Origin: Candidatus Hydrogenedentes bacterium ADurb.Bin170
GTDB lineage: Bacteria > Hydrogenedentota > Hydrogenedentia > Hydrogenedentales > CAITNO01
NCBI GenBank assembly: GCA_002070275.1
Contig: MWCY01000002.1
Location: 11,820-75,819 of the forward strand
Direction: 5' to 3'
Length of the DNA: 64,000 bases
Below, one piece after another: positions 1-9,573 of the stretch. A model generated the notes under the pieces. That model was not told the DNA's origin and searched no databases. It saw only the letters and a program-made list of their open reading frames with translations. The translations under genes and the position numbers were made by a program. Positions within the stretch are counted from its first letter, which is position 1. Every line of letters begins with the position of its first letter.

Positions 1-212
1 AAAGTATGAGCAAGCCCTCTATTGCGCCTGTTTCTGACAATGCAGTGAACCCCCTTGCGAATGGCAAGATCAACGGTACCGTCCGTGGAACCGTCGTCTA
101 TAACAAGCCATTCAACCGAGTCAACGCCTTCCAGCGTACGAGGCAGCGCATCAAGGGTAATACCCAGCGTCTTTTCTTCGTTGTAACAGGGTATTTGAAT
201 AATGACCTTCAT
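1..212 (-). CDS. GT2 family glycosyltransferase, N-terminal fragment (gene runs off window start)
   Basis: Reverse-complement of 1-212 translates [54 protein letters not shown].., the classic GT2 N-terminal signature (IPxYNEE...DDGSTDGT). Start is ATG (cat at 210-212). The listed + ORF 6-233 has no recognisable domain. Confidence 0.6.
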   Translation of the reverse strand, partial: MKVIIQIPCYNEEKTLGITLDALPRTLEGVDSVEWLVIDDGSTDGTVDLAIRKGVHCIVRNRRNRGLAHT

Positions 213-337
213 GGCAGCAAACCTCAGGGTTGAAATGCACAAGATGGCGGTGATGCCATCATCTCAAAACCGCCGGGCTTTTAAGCAGACAATCCTTTAA
301 TCGGGTACCTTCGTTCATCAGTCTGAAACAAAAGAGA

Positions 338-2902
338 TCAGGGAAGGGGCACCTTGATCTCTTTTCCAAGGACAATTAGGTTGGCGTCCTGGATGCCGTT
401 GATTGCCATTAAGTTTTGCACTGTTGTGTTGTAGCGCTTTGCGATGGAATGCAGCGTATCGCCCACTTGAATCACATAAGAGCCGAATTCCGGTGTCGCT
501 GTATCTTCAGTCTGCGATGAAGCCTCTTTATTTTCATCCGCACTGTTCTCCGCCTGCACGGGAGCGTCATCCGGTGCCTGAGTATACTCTACAGGAGGAC
601 TCACGGGAGGGATCATACTTTCCGGACGCTCGTCCTGTTTTTCATCGGAGGGCTCCAGCAGGTCTGAAGCAGGCTGAAAGTCGGTCTGTGAATCCAGATC
701 GCTGATTACATCCGTCGCTTCTTCAGGAAGCACTTCATCAGCCGAATTCTTTTCGGTTTCTCTGGAAGGTGTCAGCGGAGGGGGTATTTCTTCAGCTTCA
801 GGTACCGAACTGGTATCCTCGGCCGTTACGGGTTCAGTTTCCACCTGCTCTGTCGTAACCGCTTCAAGCGCTGCTGCTGTTTCGGGGGAATTACCCGCCG
901 TCTCCTGCACCGGAGCAGCCTCCGCAATACCTTCTGATTCTGTTTCGGCTGCAGCAGCATGATCCGGGCTGATAATTTCTGTCACCACATCTTCAACCGT
1001 TTTTTCCACAGAAACTTCTGCACCGGACGGTTGACTCTGCTCCGGCGCATTTCCTGCCTCGGGCACATAGATGGTTAATTTTTTTCCGAATTTGATGTCT
1101 CCATTTGTCAGCCCGTTCCATTTCATCAGATCTGAGGAAGAAACCTGATGGGTTGTGGCGATTTTACTTAAAGTATCACCGGGCTGTATGGTGTAGGAAA
1201 GCATTTTGGTGCCTTGCGGCTGGGGACTGGGGGTATCCTTTTTCGTCTCCTGTACAACGGCTTTCTCTTGAGGTGCGGCGGGTTTCTCCTCCTGCGGCGG
1301 TGCGGTTTCTTCGATCACAGGCACCGCTTCCTGCACCGCAGCCGGAGTTGCTTCGACCTCTTCGGGCGATTTCGCTTGGGGCTGCTTTTCTTCCACCAGT
1401 TCGGGGACTGCCTCCTGATCAATAATGGTTGAACGAGGCGGAGCCGTCTCTGAAGAGGGCGCAGGCGTTTCCTCTGCACTTTCTGCGGCTTCTTTTTCCG
1501 CCGGAGCGGTTTTTACCGTTTCAGGCACAACATCCGCTTCCGGCACTGCAGGGGCGCTTTCCGGAATCGTTTCTGTCACATCGTGAGGCTCCCCCTCCAC
1601 CTCCACCATGACTGCAGAACGCTGGCGGGCAATTTGTTGACGCCAGCTGTCCAGACGTCGCGCCGAAGCATCAAGTTCACTCTTATTCAAAATGCCCCGA
1701 TCCGCCGCCCGCATAACTTCCTGAGCAATACGCCCGAGTTGCTCTGTATTTGCAGATGAAATCAGGACAGCATCACAGCCCGCTTTCAGCGCATCGACAA
1801 GATCAGTTTCCGGCTCGTTACCGGACCAGACGCCTGCCTCGATAATGTCGGAGGCAAGCACTACACCGGTATAGCCGAACTGACGTCGCAACACTTCACG
1901 AACCAGCCGGGGTGATAAGGAAGCGGGACGGTCGGGGCGTTCCTTATCCAGAGCCGGCACAGAAACATTTCCTACGAGTATCCCGGAAATATCATAGGCG
2001 GCAGCCTCGGCGAAAGGCAGCATGGCCTCCGCCAGTTTTTCAATATCCGTTTCTTCCACAACCGGAAGCCTTCGCGGTTGATGCACGACGCTGCCCATGC
2101 CCGGATAACTGCTTACGACTGACAGTGCGCCCGCCTCCATGAGCCCTCCGGCATAGGCAAGCCCCGCCTGAATCACCGATTCCTTATTGTCGCCGAAATA
2201 ATGCGGGCGGTCTTCTTCACGGCTTCGGCCGGGGAAAAAAAGATCCAGGCGCGGGGCAAGCAATACACCCACGCCGGCACTCAAAGCCGTTTCCGCCACC
2301 TGGCGCCCCGCCTTTTTGATGGCGTCCAGGCTGTCCAGCGCCGCAAGTTCCTGGCAGGTCAGTGCGCCGTCTATCTGAAGCAGGTTTCCGGTCTGACCGC
2401 CTTCCTGCGCCATGCAGATAAGCGGATTTTTCTCGCGGGAACCGTCGAGCGACGCATAGAGATTGATGAGCGAAATCATCTCTTCGATCTGACGGGGGTT
2501 TTCCGTATTGTTTTCACGCAGCCAGACCCCGGCGGGCTTCCAGGCATTCAGCATTTCGATGGTTTTGCGGGAGAGATGGGTGCCTTCCACACCGACAATC
2601 ACATGACGCAAAGGCCACATGCTGTCCATGTCTGCAGGGATCGGCTCAATGGCATACTCCGGCTGTACGGGGGGGACAACTTCAGGGACGACGGCTTGAG
2701 CAGGGATCACCGGTTCAGGAGAAGTATCAACTTGTGCCGTCGGCTGCTGTTCCTGCACTTTTTCAGAATAGATTTCGGAATAGGCATAATACAGACAGGC
2801 ACCCACAATTGCGCCAAGCGTGAACGTGACAAGTTGACTGAAAAGGGAAGAACGAAACCAGGATTTTCTACGGGTGGCGCGCCTGCCATATTGACTAATC
2901 AT
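338..2902 (-). CDS. Membrane-anchored glycoside hydrolase family 3 (NagZ-like beta-N-acetylhexosaminidase) with two C-terminal LysM domains and Pro/Glu/Ala-rich linkers
   Basis: N-terminal TM helix (LVTFTLGAIVGACLYYAY). GH3 N-domain motifs (HVIVGVEG...LICMAQEGGQ...LLAPRLDLFFPGRS...GDNKES..SSYPGMGSV). Two LysM repeats (YTIQPGDTLSKIATTHQVSSSDLMKWNGL..; YVIQVGDTLHSIAKRYNTTVQNLMAINGI..). Long PE/PA/PV-rich low-complexity spacers. Confidence 0.75.
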   Translation of the reverse strand: MISQYGRRATRRKSWFRSSLFSQLVTFTLGAIVGACLYYAYSEIYSEKVQEQQPTAQVDTSPEPVIPAQAVVPEVVPPVQPEYAIEPIPADMDSMWPLRHVIVGVEGTHLSRKTIEMLNAWKPAGVWLRENNTENPRQIEEMISLINLYASLDGSREKNPLICMAQEGGQTGNLLQIDGALTCQELAALDSLDAIKKAGRQVAETALSAGVGVLLAPRLDLFFPGRSREEDRPHYFGDNKESVIQAGLAYAGGLMEAGALSVVSSYPGMGSVVHQPRRLPVVEETDIEKLAEAMLPFAEAAAYDISGILVGNVSVPALDKERPDRPASLSPRLVREVLRRQFGYTGVVLASDIIEAGVWSGNEPETDLVDALKAGCDAVLISSANTEQLGRIAQEVMRAADRGILNKSELDASARRLDSWRQQIARQRSAVMVEVEGEPHDVTETIPESAPAVPEADVVPETVKTAPAEKEAAESAEETPAPSSETAPPRSTIIDQEAVPELVEEKQPQAKSPEEVEATPAAVQEAVPVIEETAPPQEEKPAAPQEKAVVQETKKDTPSPQPQGTKMLSYTIQPGDTLSKIATTHQVSSSDLMKWNGLTNGDIKFGKKLTIYVPEAGNAPEQSQPSGAEVSVEKTVEDVVTEIISPDHAAAAETESEGIAEAAPVQETAGNSPETAAALEAVTTEQVETEPVTAEDTSSVPEAEEIPPPLTPSRETEKNSADEVLPEEATDVISDLDSQTDFQPASDLLEPSDEKQDERPESMIPPVSPPVEYTQAPDDAPVQAENSADENKEASSQTEDTATPEFGSYVIQVGDTLHSIAKRYNTTVQNLMAINGIQDANLIVLGKEIKVPLP

Positions 2903-2967
2903 AATTTAATAGAAACCTTACGACAGAAAAATGTGTATTTTCAGCAGAAAAAGTTGTCCAACAAATC

Positions 2968-4167
2968 TTATTGTATACCAAGGGATGGCTCCGGTGCATA
3001 TCTGCGGCTCACAATGTCTTCAATCAGTGCCTGGTACTGCTGCCTCAGAATGCGGTTTCCTTTTTCATTGAGATGACAGTGGTCGCTGAAAAGAGTTTCT
3101 CCCGGTATGCCGTGCGGCTCTGCCGAGGCAACAGCAGTTTCAACATCAGCCAACGGCACTCCGTATGTCCGGGCCAGATCACGGATGATGCCGTTTTCAA
3201 CTGGAGACGATTGGTGACGCGGAGAGGCCTGGGCAAGGATCTCAGCACCGCGCCGTTTCGCTTCGTCAAAGTCGCCCGCCTCATATAGCTGCACCACTTC
3301 CTCATAAAGCTGCCCTTCTTTTCCCGGCAGATTGGGTCTGATCAGATTGGACGGCACGGTACCGATAATCAGCGGTACTTCCGCTTCTCTGCACTGGGCA
3401 ATAATCATGGTCAGGTTCTGCCGGTATGCCTCCATACGCCCGTCGATTTCTTCCTGAGTGAACACCATTTCCCAGGTTTTTGAGGAGTCAGGGATAGACT
3501 GCGCCAGATCCCGTGCCTGCCTGCTCTCTTCGAGCCGGGCAATAGCTTTTCTTGCGCGCATCTCCCGTATCAGACGGTAGAACGCCGATTTCCCCAGATA
3601 CTGCTGCACTTTTCCATAATTTTTCAACGAGAGATGCAGCTGCTGCAATTCTTCGAATTCGTTGTGACCGCTGTACAGCAGAACAATATCAGGCTGATAA
3701 TGAAGAATTTCCGCCGCAATCAGCACAAGCCTGTGGCTTCCATAGGAGAGCCCGCCGCAATTGATCACCTCAACAGCATCGACAGACGCATGAAAGCGGT
3801 GTTCCAGTTCTTTTTCCAACTCCGAAAACTCGTAATCCAAATAATTAACTGAAGAACCGCCCAAAGCGAAGATACGCAGTACGCCCGGCGGTTTGGGCAT
3901 TTTAAAACGCTGCTGTTTAAAAGACACCGTTTTTTCAGGACGGGTTTCCATCCACCCGCCTGGTACAGGCGCAAAAAGCAGGCTGCTTTCGTCAAATCCC
4001 TGCCCGATATCGACCTGCAGCACCGGATGAGCGGATTCATAAAAACGGGCGATAATTTCCAGACCGCCGAAGAAAAGCAAAAGAGGCAGGCAAATTAAAA
4101 GGAACTGAAACAGACCTGAGAAAGGTCTTCCGGGCAGGGAATTGTTTTCGGATTTTGCTACATTCAC
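2968..4167 (-). CDS. SGNH/GDSL-like hydrolase family protein, N-terminal membrane anchor
   Basis: N-terminal hydrophobic helix. GGSS block (IFALGGSSV) as a GDS(L)-like nucleophile region. C-terminal SDHCHLNEKG (DxxH catalytic dyad motif of SGNH hydrolases). Confidence 0.45.
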   Translation of the reverse strand: MNVAKSENNSLPGRPFSGLFQFLLICLPLLLFFGGLEIIARFYESAHPVLQVDIGQGFDESSLLFAPVPGGWMETRPEKTVSFKQQRFKMPKPPGVLRIFALGGSSVNYLDYEFSELEKELEHRFHASVDAVEVINCGGLSYGSHRLVLIAAEILHYQPDIVLLYSGHNEFEELQQLHLSLKNYGKVQQYLGKSAFYRLIREMRARKAIARLEESRQARDLAQSIPDSSKTWEMVFTQEEIDGRMEAYRQNLTMIIAQCREAEVPLIIGTVPSNLIRPNLPGKEGQLYEEVVQLYEAGDFDEAKRRGAEILAQASPRHQSSPVENGIIRDLARTYGVPLADVETAVASAEPHGIPGETLFSDHCHLNEKGNRILRQQYQALIEDIVSRRYAPEPSLGIQ

Positions 4168-4277
4168 ATCAATTCCGCACCTTTGCTTTTCCCGTCTGAA
4201 AAAACTTTAGGCGTTGCAGGCACCATGATCCAAGAAACTGCGATGTCCTTGTGGTGAAAGTATTTTTAGCGTCGGCT

Positions 4278-5561
4278 TTATTCCAGATGTTTCAACGCTT
4301 TCGCCCCTATATCACGGCGATAAAAAGCGCCCTCAAAATGGATGCAGCTGACGGCCTGATACGCCTTTTCCATGGCGGCACGCTGTGTATTGCCGAGCGC
4401 CGTGACATTTAGCACGCGGCCGCCGCTGCTGAAAAGCTGATCTCCTTTCCGTTTCACGCCGGCAGCGAACACAGCAACGTCTTCCAGCGCCTCCGCTTCA
4501 TCTACGCCGGTGATTTCTTTCGCTTTGGCATAGACGCCGGGATATCCTTCGCTTGCCATGACTACGGAAACGCAAGGGCGGGGGGAATAACGGATTTCGC
4601 AGCTGTCCAGTGTCCCGTTGCAGCATGCCAGCAATGCCGGAACCAGATCCGTTTCCATGCGCGGCAGGATCGCCTGCGTTTCCGGATCGCCAAAACGCAC
4701 GTTATATTCAATGACTTTCGGGCCGTTTTCCGTGATCATCAGACCGGCGTAAAGAATCCCTTTATAGGGCGTGCCTTCTTTCGCCATTCCTGCCGATGTG
4801 GGCACCAGAACATCCCAGACAATCTCTTCCATCAGTGCATCGGTCACGACAGGCGCCGGAGAATAGGCGCCCATGCCGCCTGTATTCGGTCCTTCATCGT
4901 TTTCCCCGACTGGTTTATGATCCTGACTGGAAGCCAGCGGTTTCACTGTTCTACCATCACAAAAGGCAAGAATGGAAGCCTCTTCTCCCGTCAGGTATTC
5001 TTCCACTACCACCCGGGCGCCTGCTTCGCCGAAAGCACCTTCAGCCATGGCGGCATATATTGCGGCTTCCGCCTCTGCCTGAGAAACAGCAACTGTAACA
5101 CCTTTTCCGGCAGCCAGCCCGTCCGCTTTGATTACAATCGGCGCAGGCTGTGAGCGGACATATGCCAGCGCTTCCTGCAGATCGTCAAAGGTGCGGCTTT
5201 CCGCTGTGGGAATTCCGTGACGCGCCATGAACTCTTTGGCAAAGCTCTTACTTCCTTCCAGCTGAGCGGCTTTTTTTGAGGGGCCGAAAACCCGTTTGCC
5301 CCGTTCCTCAAGAAAATCGACTATGCCATGCACCAGAGGCACTTCAGGGCCGACCACAGTCAGGTCAATGCCTTCTGCTTCAATGTAGGTATCCAGCGCC
5401 TCAAAATCATTAACGCCCACATTGATGCACGCCCCTTTTTCGAGCCTGTCAATACCGGGATTGCCCGGTGCACCGTACACTTTTTCCACCAGCGGGCTCT
5501 GAGCAATCTTCCACGCAAGCGCATGCTCGCGTCCACCGCTGCCAATCACCAGCACGTTCAT
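4278..5561 (-). CDS. purD: Phosphoribosylamine--glycine ligase (GAR synthetase)
   Basis: MNVLVIGSGGREHALAWKIAQS.. N-terminus and ATP-grasp body typical of PurD. Start moved to the internal Met (5561), preceded by GAGGAG SD. The longer ORF start at 5591 adds 10 non-conserved residues. Confidence 0.9.
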   Translation of the reverse strand: MNVLVIGSGGREHALAWKIAQSPLVEKVYGAPGNPGIDRLEKGACINVGVNDFEALDTYIEAEGIDLTVVGPEVPLVHGIVDFLEERGKRVFGPSKKAAQLEGSKSFAKEFMARHGIPTAESRTFDDLQEALAYVRSQPAPIVIKADGLAAGKGVTVAVSQAEAEAAIYAAMAEGAFGEAGARVVVEEYLTGEEASILAFCDGRTVKPLASSQDHKPVGENDEGPNTGGMGAYSPAPVVTDALMEEIVWDVLVPTSAGMAKEGTPYKGILYAGLMITENGPKVIEYNVRFGDPETQAILPRMETDLVPALLACCNGTLDSCEIRYSPRPCVSVVMASEGYPGVYAKAKEITGVDEAEALEDVAVFAAGVKRKGDQLFSSGGRVLNVTALGNTQRAAMEKAYQAVSCIHFEGAFYRRDIGAKALKHLE

Positions 5562-5795
5562 GGTATCGCTCCTCAGACAAACCGGAAGCACACCGGTTTC
5601 TGATCAGTTAAGAATTTTTATAATTTCTGATTTAGTTGAACCGACCGGACAGACCGGCCGGACAGAATACAGCCTGTAAAAAGAAATAAATCGTGTATCT
5701 ACCTGAAATCTGCCGGAAACCCAACCGGCACTCCCGTGCATCAGTATACGAAAAACGAGGGGGTCGGAACGAACAGGCAGGGTATCTCCTTCCAA

Positions 5796-6761
5796 TTAAA
5801 GAAGATCGCCGGCAAGCAGCAGCGCCCCCACCACTACCACATCTTCCTCAAGCTCACAGGCTACAAGCTGCACTGTATCGTTAAAAGGCGCAAAAATGCG
5901 GGCAGAGAGCGCCGAACGCAGCGGCTTCAGCAGCACATCGCCCATAAGCGCCACACCACCGCCAAGAGCGATACGTTCCGGATGAAGCAGGGTCACCACA
6001 TTACCGAGAGCCATGGCTGCAGCTTCCGCCACATGCCCGATCTCATCCAAAGCAGCCTGATCCCCTGCCTGTGCCGCCTGTGCCAGCATGGGGCAGCTCA
6101 AAGGAGCGGCATCGCCGTCGCATAATACATGAAGCGGGCTTCCCGGTTCCGGCAGCATCGTGCCGCGTATGCGCCTTTCAATTGCCCAGCCAGAACATAG
6201 ATTTTCAAGCTTATCCGCCGCGCCCGGTTGGGCAGATGTCCAGTCCGGAACCCAGGTATGCCCTATTTCACAGGCACCGAGGCCCTGTCCGTCGTACAGT
6301 TTCCCGTCAACAATCAGTGCACCGCCGATACCGCTGCCTATGTTCATGTACACAAACGTACGGGTTCCCCGTCCAGCACCGCAGCAATATTCAGCCCAGC
6401 CTGCCGCATTGGCATCATTGGCTACAGCCACGGGCAGGTGAAACCATTCTTCAAAACAGTGTTTCAGCGGCGCATTCTGCCAGCCTTCTATCTGGTGCGA
6501 TACAAGCACTCTTCCCGTGCTGCTTTCCACGGGACCGCCGAAACCGACCCCTATTGCCTGCACGGCTTCTTTTGCTGAAGCCAGCGCCAGCAGTTCGCCG
6601 CACTGCTCCCGCATCCATCGGAGAATACCTTCCGCACCGGCTTCCGGATTCACCTGACCGCGCCGACGCTCGAGAATCGTGCCGTCGGACAGCCCCAGAA
6701 CCGCCTGCAGCTTGGTGCCGCCGATTTCAACTGCCATGAGAGATTTCTTTTGGTGATTCAT
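5796..6761 (-). CDS. ROK family sugar kinase (glucokinase-like)
   Basis: MAVEIGGTKLQAV.. N-terminal ATPase motif, GVGFGGPV, ROK-like CxxGHxW region. GGAAGGA SD 7 nt upstream of ATG 6761. ATGA overlap with the upstream gene stop (6758-6761). Confidence 0.7.
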   Translation of the reverse strand: MNHQKKSLMAVEIGGTKLQAVLGLSDGTILERRRGQVNPEAGAEGILRWMREQCGELLALASAKEAVQAIGVGFGGPVESSTGRVLVSHQIEGWQNAPLKHCFEEWFHLPVAVANDANAAGWAEYCCGAGRGTRTFVYMNIGSGIGGALIVDGKLYDGQGLGACEIGHTWVPDWTSAQPGAADKLENLCSGWAIERRIRGTMLPEPGSPLHVLCDGDAAPLSCPMLAQAAQAGDQAALDEIGHVAEAAAMALGNVVTLLHPERIALGGGVALMGDVLLKPLRSALSARIFAPFNDTVQLVACELEEDVVVVGALLLAGDLL

Positions 6762-7945
6762 TTCAGATCCTTCCAGTCCGGCAGGGAAATCAGCAGGATT
6801 TCCCGGGCGCCGAATTTTGACGAGGAAAAAACAATTGCACGACTATCCGGCGTAAAACTGGCATGAGGGTGTGTTTTAAAATCGCCGGAAGTATGTCCCG
6901 CAGTCAGCAGCCTGCGTTCTTTTTCCTCCCCGTTGATCAGCCAGAGAGAACGATCAAAATCATCTCCGAGCAGCCATTTACCATCGGGGCTGCCATGGGT
7001 GTGCCAGGCAGGATAACGCACTATTTCTGTCATTTTTCCCTGCGGTCCGCTTTCAAGATCCGCCATCATGATCCCATGAGGCTTGTTTTTTCGTTCTTCA
7101 TCATAAGGCCAGACAGTGAAAAGAAAACGGTCCTGCCCCCACCAGCATTCGTGCGTGACCCATTCCCAGCCCTCCTCTTGATAGAGCGGTTTCATCGCTG
7201 AGCCGCCATCCTGAATATGCCAGATGCGCTGATTAGCGTCGCCACCTGTTTCCTGGCAGAACATCAGGGAACCCGGGCGATAAGGGTTTGCCTGAAAGTG
7301 TCCGATACGAAAATCAGTTTTGCATAAGAGACGGCTCTGACCGTCTTTCAAGGATAAAACATAGATGCCCCACTCCCCTTCCGAAACCAGAGAAGCGCCG
7401 AAATAGAGCGCTTCACCCGAAGCATCCACGGTAAGTGCCCCGGCAAGCCGGGCACATTCCGGCGGCAAAGCACCTAATACACGGGGCTCTCCTCTGCCCT
7501 GAAAGGAATCAACGACGTCCGCTTCGTGAAAATAACCATCTGCAAAATAATAAAGGCTGCGGCTGCGCCACGCCATGGCGGCAAAGTGCACATTGCCGTC
7601 CAGAAGCAGCCGGCTCTCTCCTGTTCTGATTTCCAAAAGATGAGGATGTAGGCCGCCCTGTTCCGGTCGTGCCATGAAGAGAAAATAATCCATCTCCGGA
7701 GTCCACATGGGATGGGTCTGATAGACCACTTCACTCTCCGGAACCCCGCGTACAAGTACAATGCCTTCCACACCGGTCACTTCGTCCTGCCACCGGGGAT
7801 ATATGCCGTCGGGCAGCCAGTGCAGTTTTTCAGCGGCACACAGTTTTTTTGCAGTATTACGGGGCATGAACATAGTCGCTCCGGCTGCTACGGTACCGAC
7901 CAAAAAAGAACGGCGGCTGACGGTATGTTTTTCAAACGCTCTCAT
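6758..7945 (-). CDS. Tat-signal PD40/TolB-like beta-propeller protein (oligogalacturonate-lyase-like fold)
   Basis: Twin-arginine motif SRRSFLVGTVAAGA at the N-terminus. Repeated PD40-like blocks (WHTHGSPDGKWLLGDD, HASFTPDSRAIVFSS). Translationally coupled (ATGA) to the ROK kinase. Confidence 0.45.
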   Translation of the reverse strand: MRAFEKHTVSRRSFLVGTVAAGATMFMPRNTAKKLCAAEKLHWLPDGIYPRWQDEVTGVEGIVLVRGVPESEVVYQTHPMWTPEMDYFLFMARPEQGGLHPHLLEIRTGESRLLLDGNVHFAAMAWRSRSLYYFADGYFHEADVVDSFQGRGEPRVLGALPPECARLAGALTVDASGEALYFGASLVSEGEWGIYVLSLKDGQSRLLCKTDFRIGHFQANPYRPGSLMFCQETGGDANQRIWHIQDGGSAMKPLYQEEGWEWVTHECWWGQDRFLFTVWPYDEERKNKPHGIMMADLESGPQGKMTEIVRYPAWHTHGSPDGKWLLGDDFDRSLWLINGEEKERRLLTAGHTSGDFKTHPHASFTPDSRAIVFSSSKFGAREILLISLPDWKDLK

Positions 7946-8007
7946 GCGAGCCTTTCACAGTACAAAAACAGTTTCGGAGGGTATTCTGTTCAAATCCGGG
8001 TTAAAAG

Positions 8008-9378
8008 TCAATCTGAGCGATGCAGGCATTCAAGGGTGCGCAGAAAAGCCCGTTCGGCGGAGAGCACACAATCATTCAGGCCGATGCCTCTGTAGGCATT
8101 TCCGGCAAAAGACAGTCCGGGGTGTCTGCTTTCTGCAGCCTCAATGGCTTCCAGCCGCTGCTCATGTCCGATTGTATATTGAGGAATTCCTTTTTCGTGG
8201 CGTTTAATCCGGATGAATTCGGCTTTTCCCCCTATATCCAGCACAGGCGTCAGTTCTTTAAGTACAAGGTCTGCCAATTCTTCATCGCTGAGATCCAGCA
8301 CTTCCGGATCGGTAGAGCCACCTGCCATGACTCGTAAAAGCGCCATATTTTCCGGCGCCTGACGGGGAAATAAGGTCGATGTCCAGAGGCAGCCGAGGGT
8401 GCGAATGCCTTCGCCACGGGGCACAAGAAAGCCGAAGCCGTCCAGATCCCTGCCGATAGCCGCTTTGGGAAACGCCAGTGTCACCACAGCAAGCCCCGCA
8501 TAAGGAATGGCGCCGAGCGCCCCGGAGAGGGCGGCATCAAAATCCGACGTAAAGGCGGCAGCGGCATAGGCAGGCACGGCGGATACAACTGCACGACAAC
8601 GAATAACGGAGCCATCCGGGAGGATCACTTCATAACCATTGTCCCCGCGGGCAAGCGCCGAAACAGGGGTGTTAAATCGAATGCGATCCTGAAGCTGTGC
8701 GGAAGCGCCTTCAATGAGGGTGCCTGTGCCGCCCTGAAAGGAGGTCAGCGTTCCGGGCGGGCCCATAGGGCTTGCTTTTCTTTTTCGGCGGATAGCGAGC
8801 AGGGCCTTCATCAGTCCGCCATAATCCCGCTCCATGGCGACCATTCTCGGAAAACAATGCGTCATACTCAGTTTTTCCGCATCGCCCCCGTATATGCCGA
8901 GCACCATGGCACCCACCATTATCCGTGCCGCTTCCCTGCCGATTCTTCTGGAAGCAAAGCCGTAGATCGTTTCCGGACTATTGTCCTTTTTGGGGGGGAT
9001 AAACGGCTCCAGGCACAGGCGCAAGCGTCCCATGACGGAGAGAAGGGGCGAAAAGAAAAATCCGGGCGGCGCTTTAATTTCATGAAGAACACCGTTCCGG
9101 CAAATAAAGCGTTTGGCTGCCGCCGTATTTGCCCGCACCAGCTGATTCGTGAGCCCCAGTTGCTCGATCCATTCCAGGGTACGCGGCTCCCGATCCAGAA
9201 AGCCATTGCCTCCCCAGTCCATCACAAAACGCCCGTCTCTGTCGCTGCCTGTCGTTCCGCCCGGATGCGGTGCTTTTTCCAGACAGAGCACAGCTTCTCT
9301 GCCAAGTTTTTGCGCCAATAAAGTAGCGGTGCACAAACCGGTTACTCCGGCACCAATGACAACAACCTCTGTATCCAT
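8008..9378 (-). CDS. hemY: Protoporphyrinogen/coproporphyrinogen oxidase (HemY/PPOX family, FAD-dependent)
   Basis: MDTEVVVIGAGVTGL Rossmann FAD motif and C-terminal PPOX signature (..IPQYTIGHEQRLEAIE..GLSFAGNAYRGIGLNDCV). Start set at the internal Met (9378). The longer ORF to 9540 adds a non-conserved 54-aa leader. Confidence 0.75.
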   Translation of the reverse strand: MDTEVVVIGAGVTGLCTATLLAQKLGREAVLCLEKAPHPGGTTGSDRDGRFVMDWGGNGFLDREPRTLEWIEQLGLTNQLVRANTAAAKRFICRNGVLHEIKAPPGFFFSPLLSVMGRLRLCLEPFIPPKKDNSPETIYGFASRRIGREAARIMVGAMVLGIYGGDAEKLSMTHCFPRMVAMERDYGGLMKALLAIRRKRKASPMGPPGTLTSFQGGTGTLIEGASAQLQDRIRFNTPVSALARGDNGYEVILPDGSVIRCRAVVSAVPAYAAAAFTSDFDAALSGALGAIPYAGLAVVTLAFPKAAIGRDLDGFGFLVPRGEGIRTLGCLWTSTLFPRQAPENMALLRVMAGGSTDPEVLDLSDEELADLVLKELTPVLDIGGKAEFIRIKRHEKGIPQYTIGHEQRLEAIEAAESRHPGLSFAGNAYRGIGLNDCVLSAERAFLRTLECLHRSD

Positions 9379-9573
9379 AAAAACTTTCCATGTCATGCAC
9401 AAGAAGGGAAATACATCCGGCGTTGAATACGTCATTTCCGGACAGAACAAGCATACTACTGCAGCCCGCCTTCTTCCAAGCGCGACACGCCCGAGCCGGA
9501 ATTTTTCTCTGCTAAATATTGCATCCTCTCCGTTTTTCAAGGATAATACCGTTTTATCCTAATCCCTCCGGTT

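Noticed and set aside
6-233. 75-aa + strand ORF at the window start
   Set aside because: No recognisable motif. The opposite strand encodes a textbook GT2 N-terminus (IPCYNEE...DDGSTDGT) over the same bases.
5600-5700. Hairpin AAACCGG-N7-CCGGTTT and duplicated CCGGACAGA upstream of purD
   Set aside because: Not followed by a U-run in the transcribed direction, and too short for a confident regulatory call. Possibly a weak terminator for the ROK gene.
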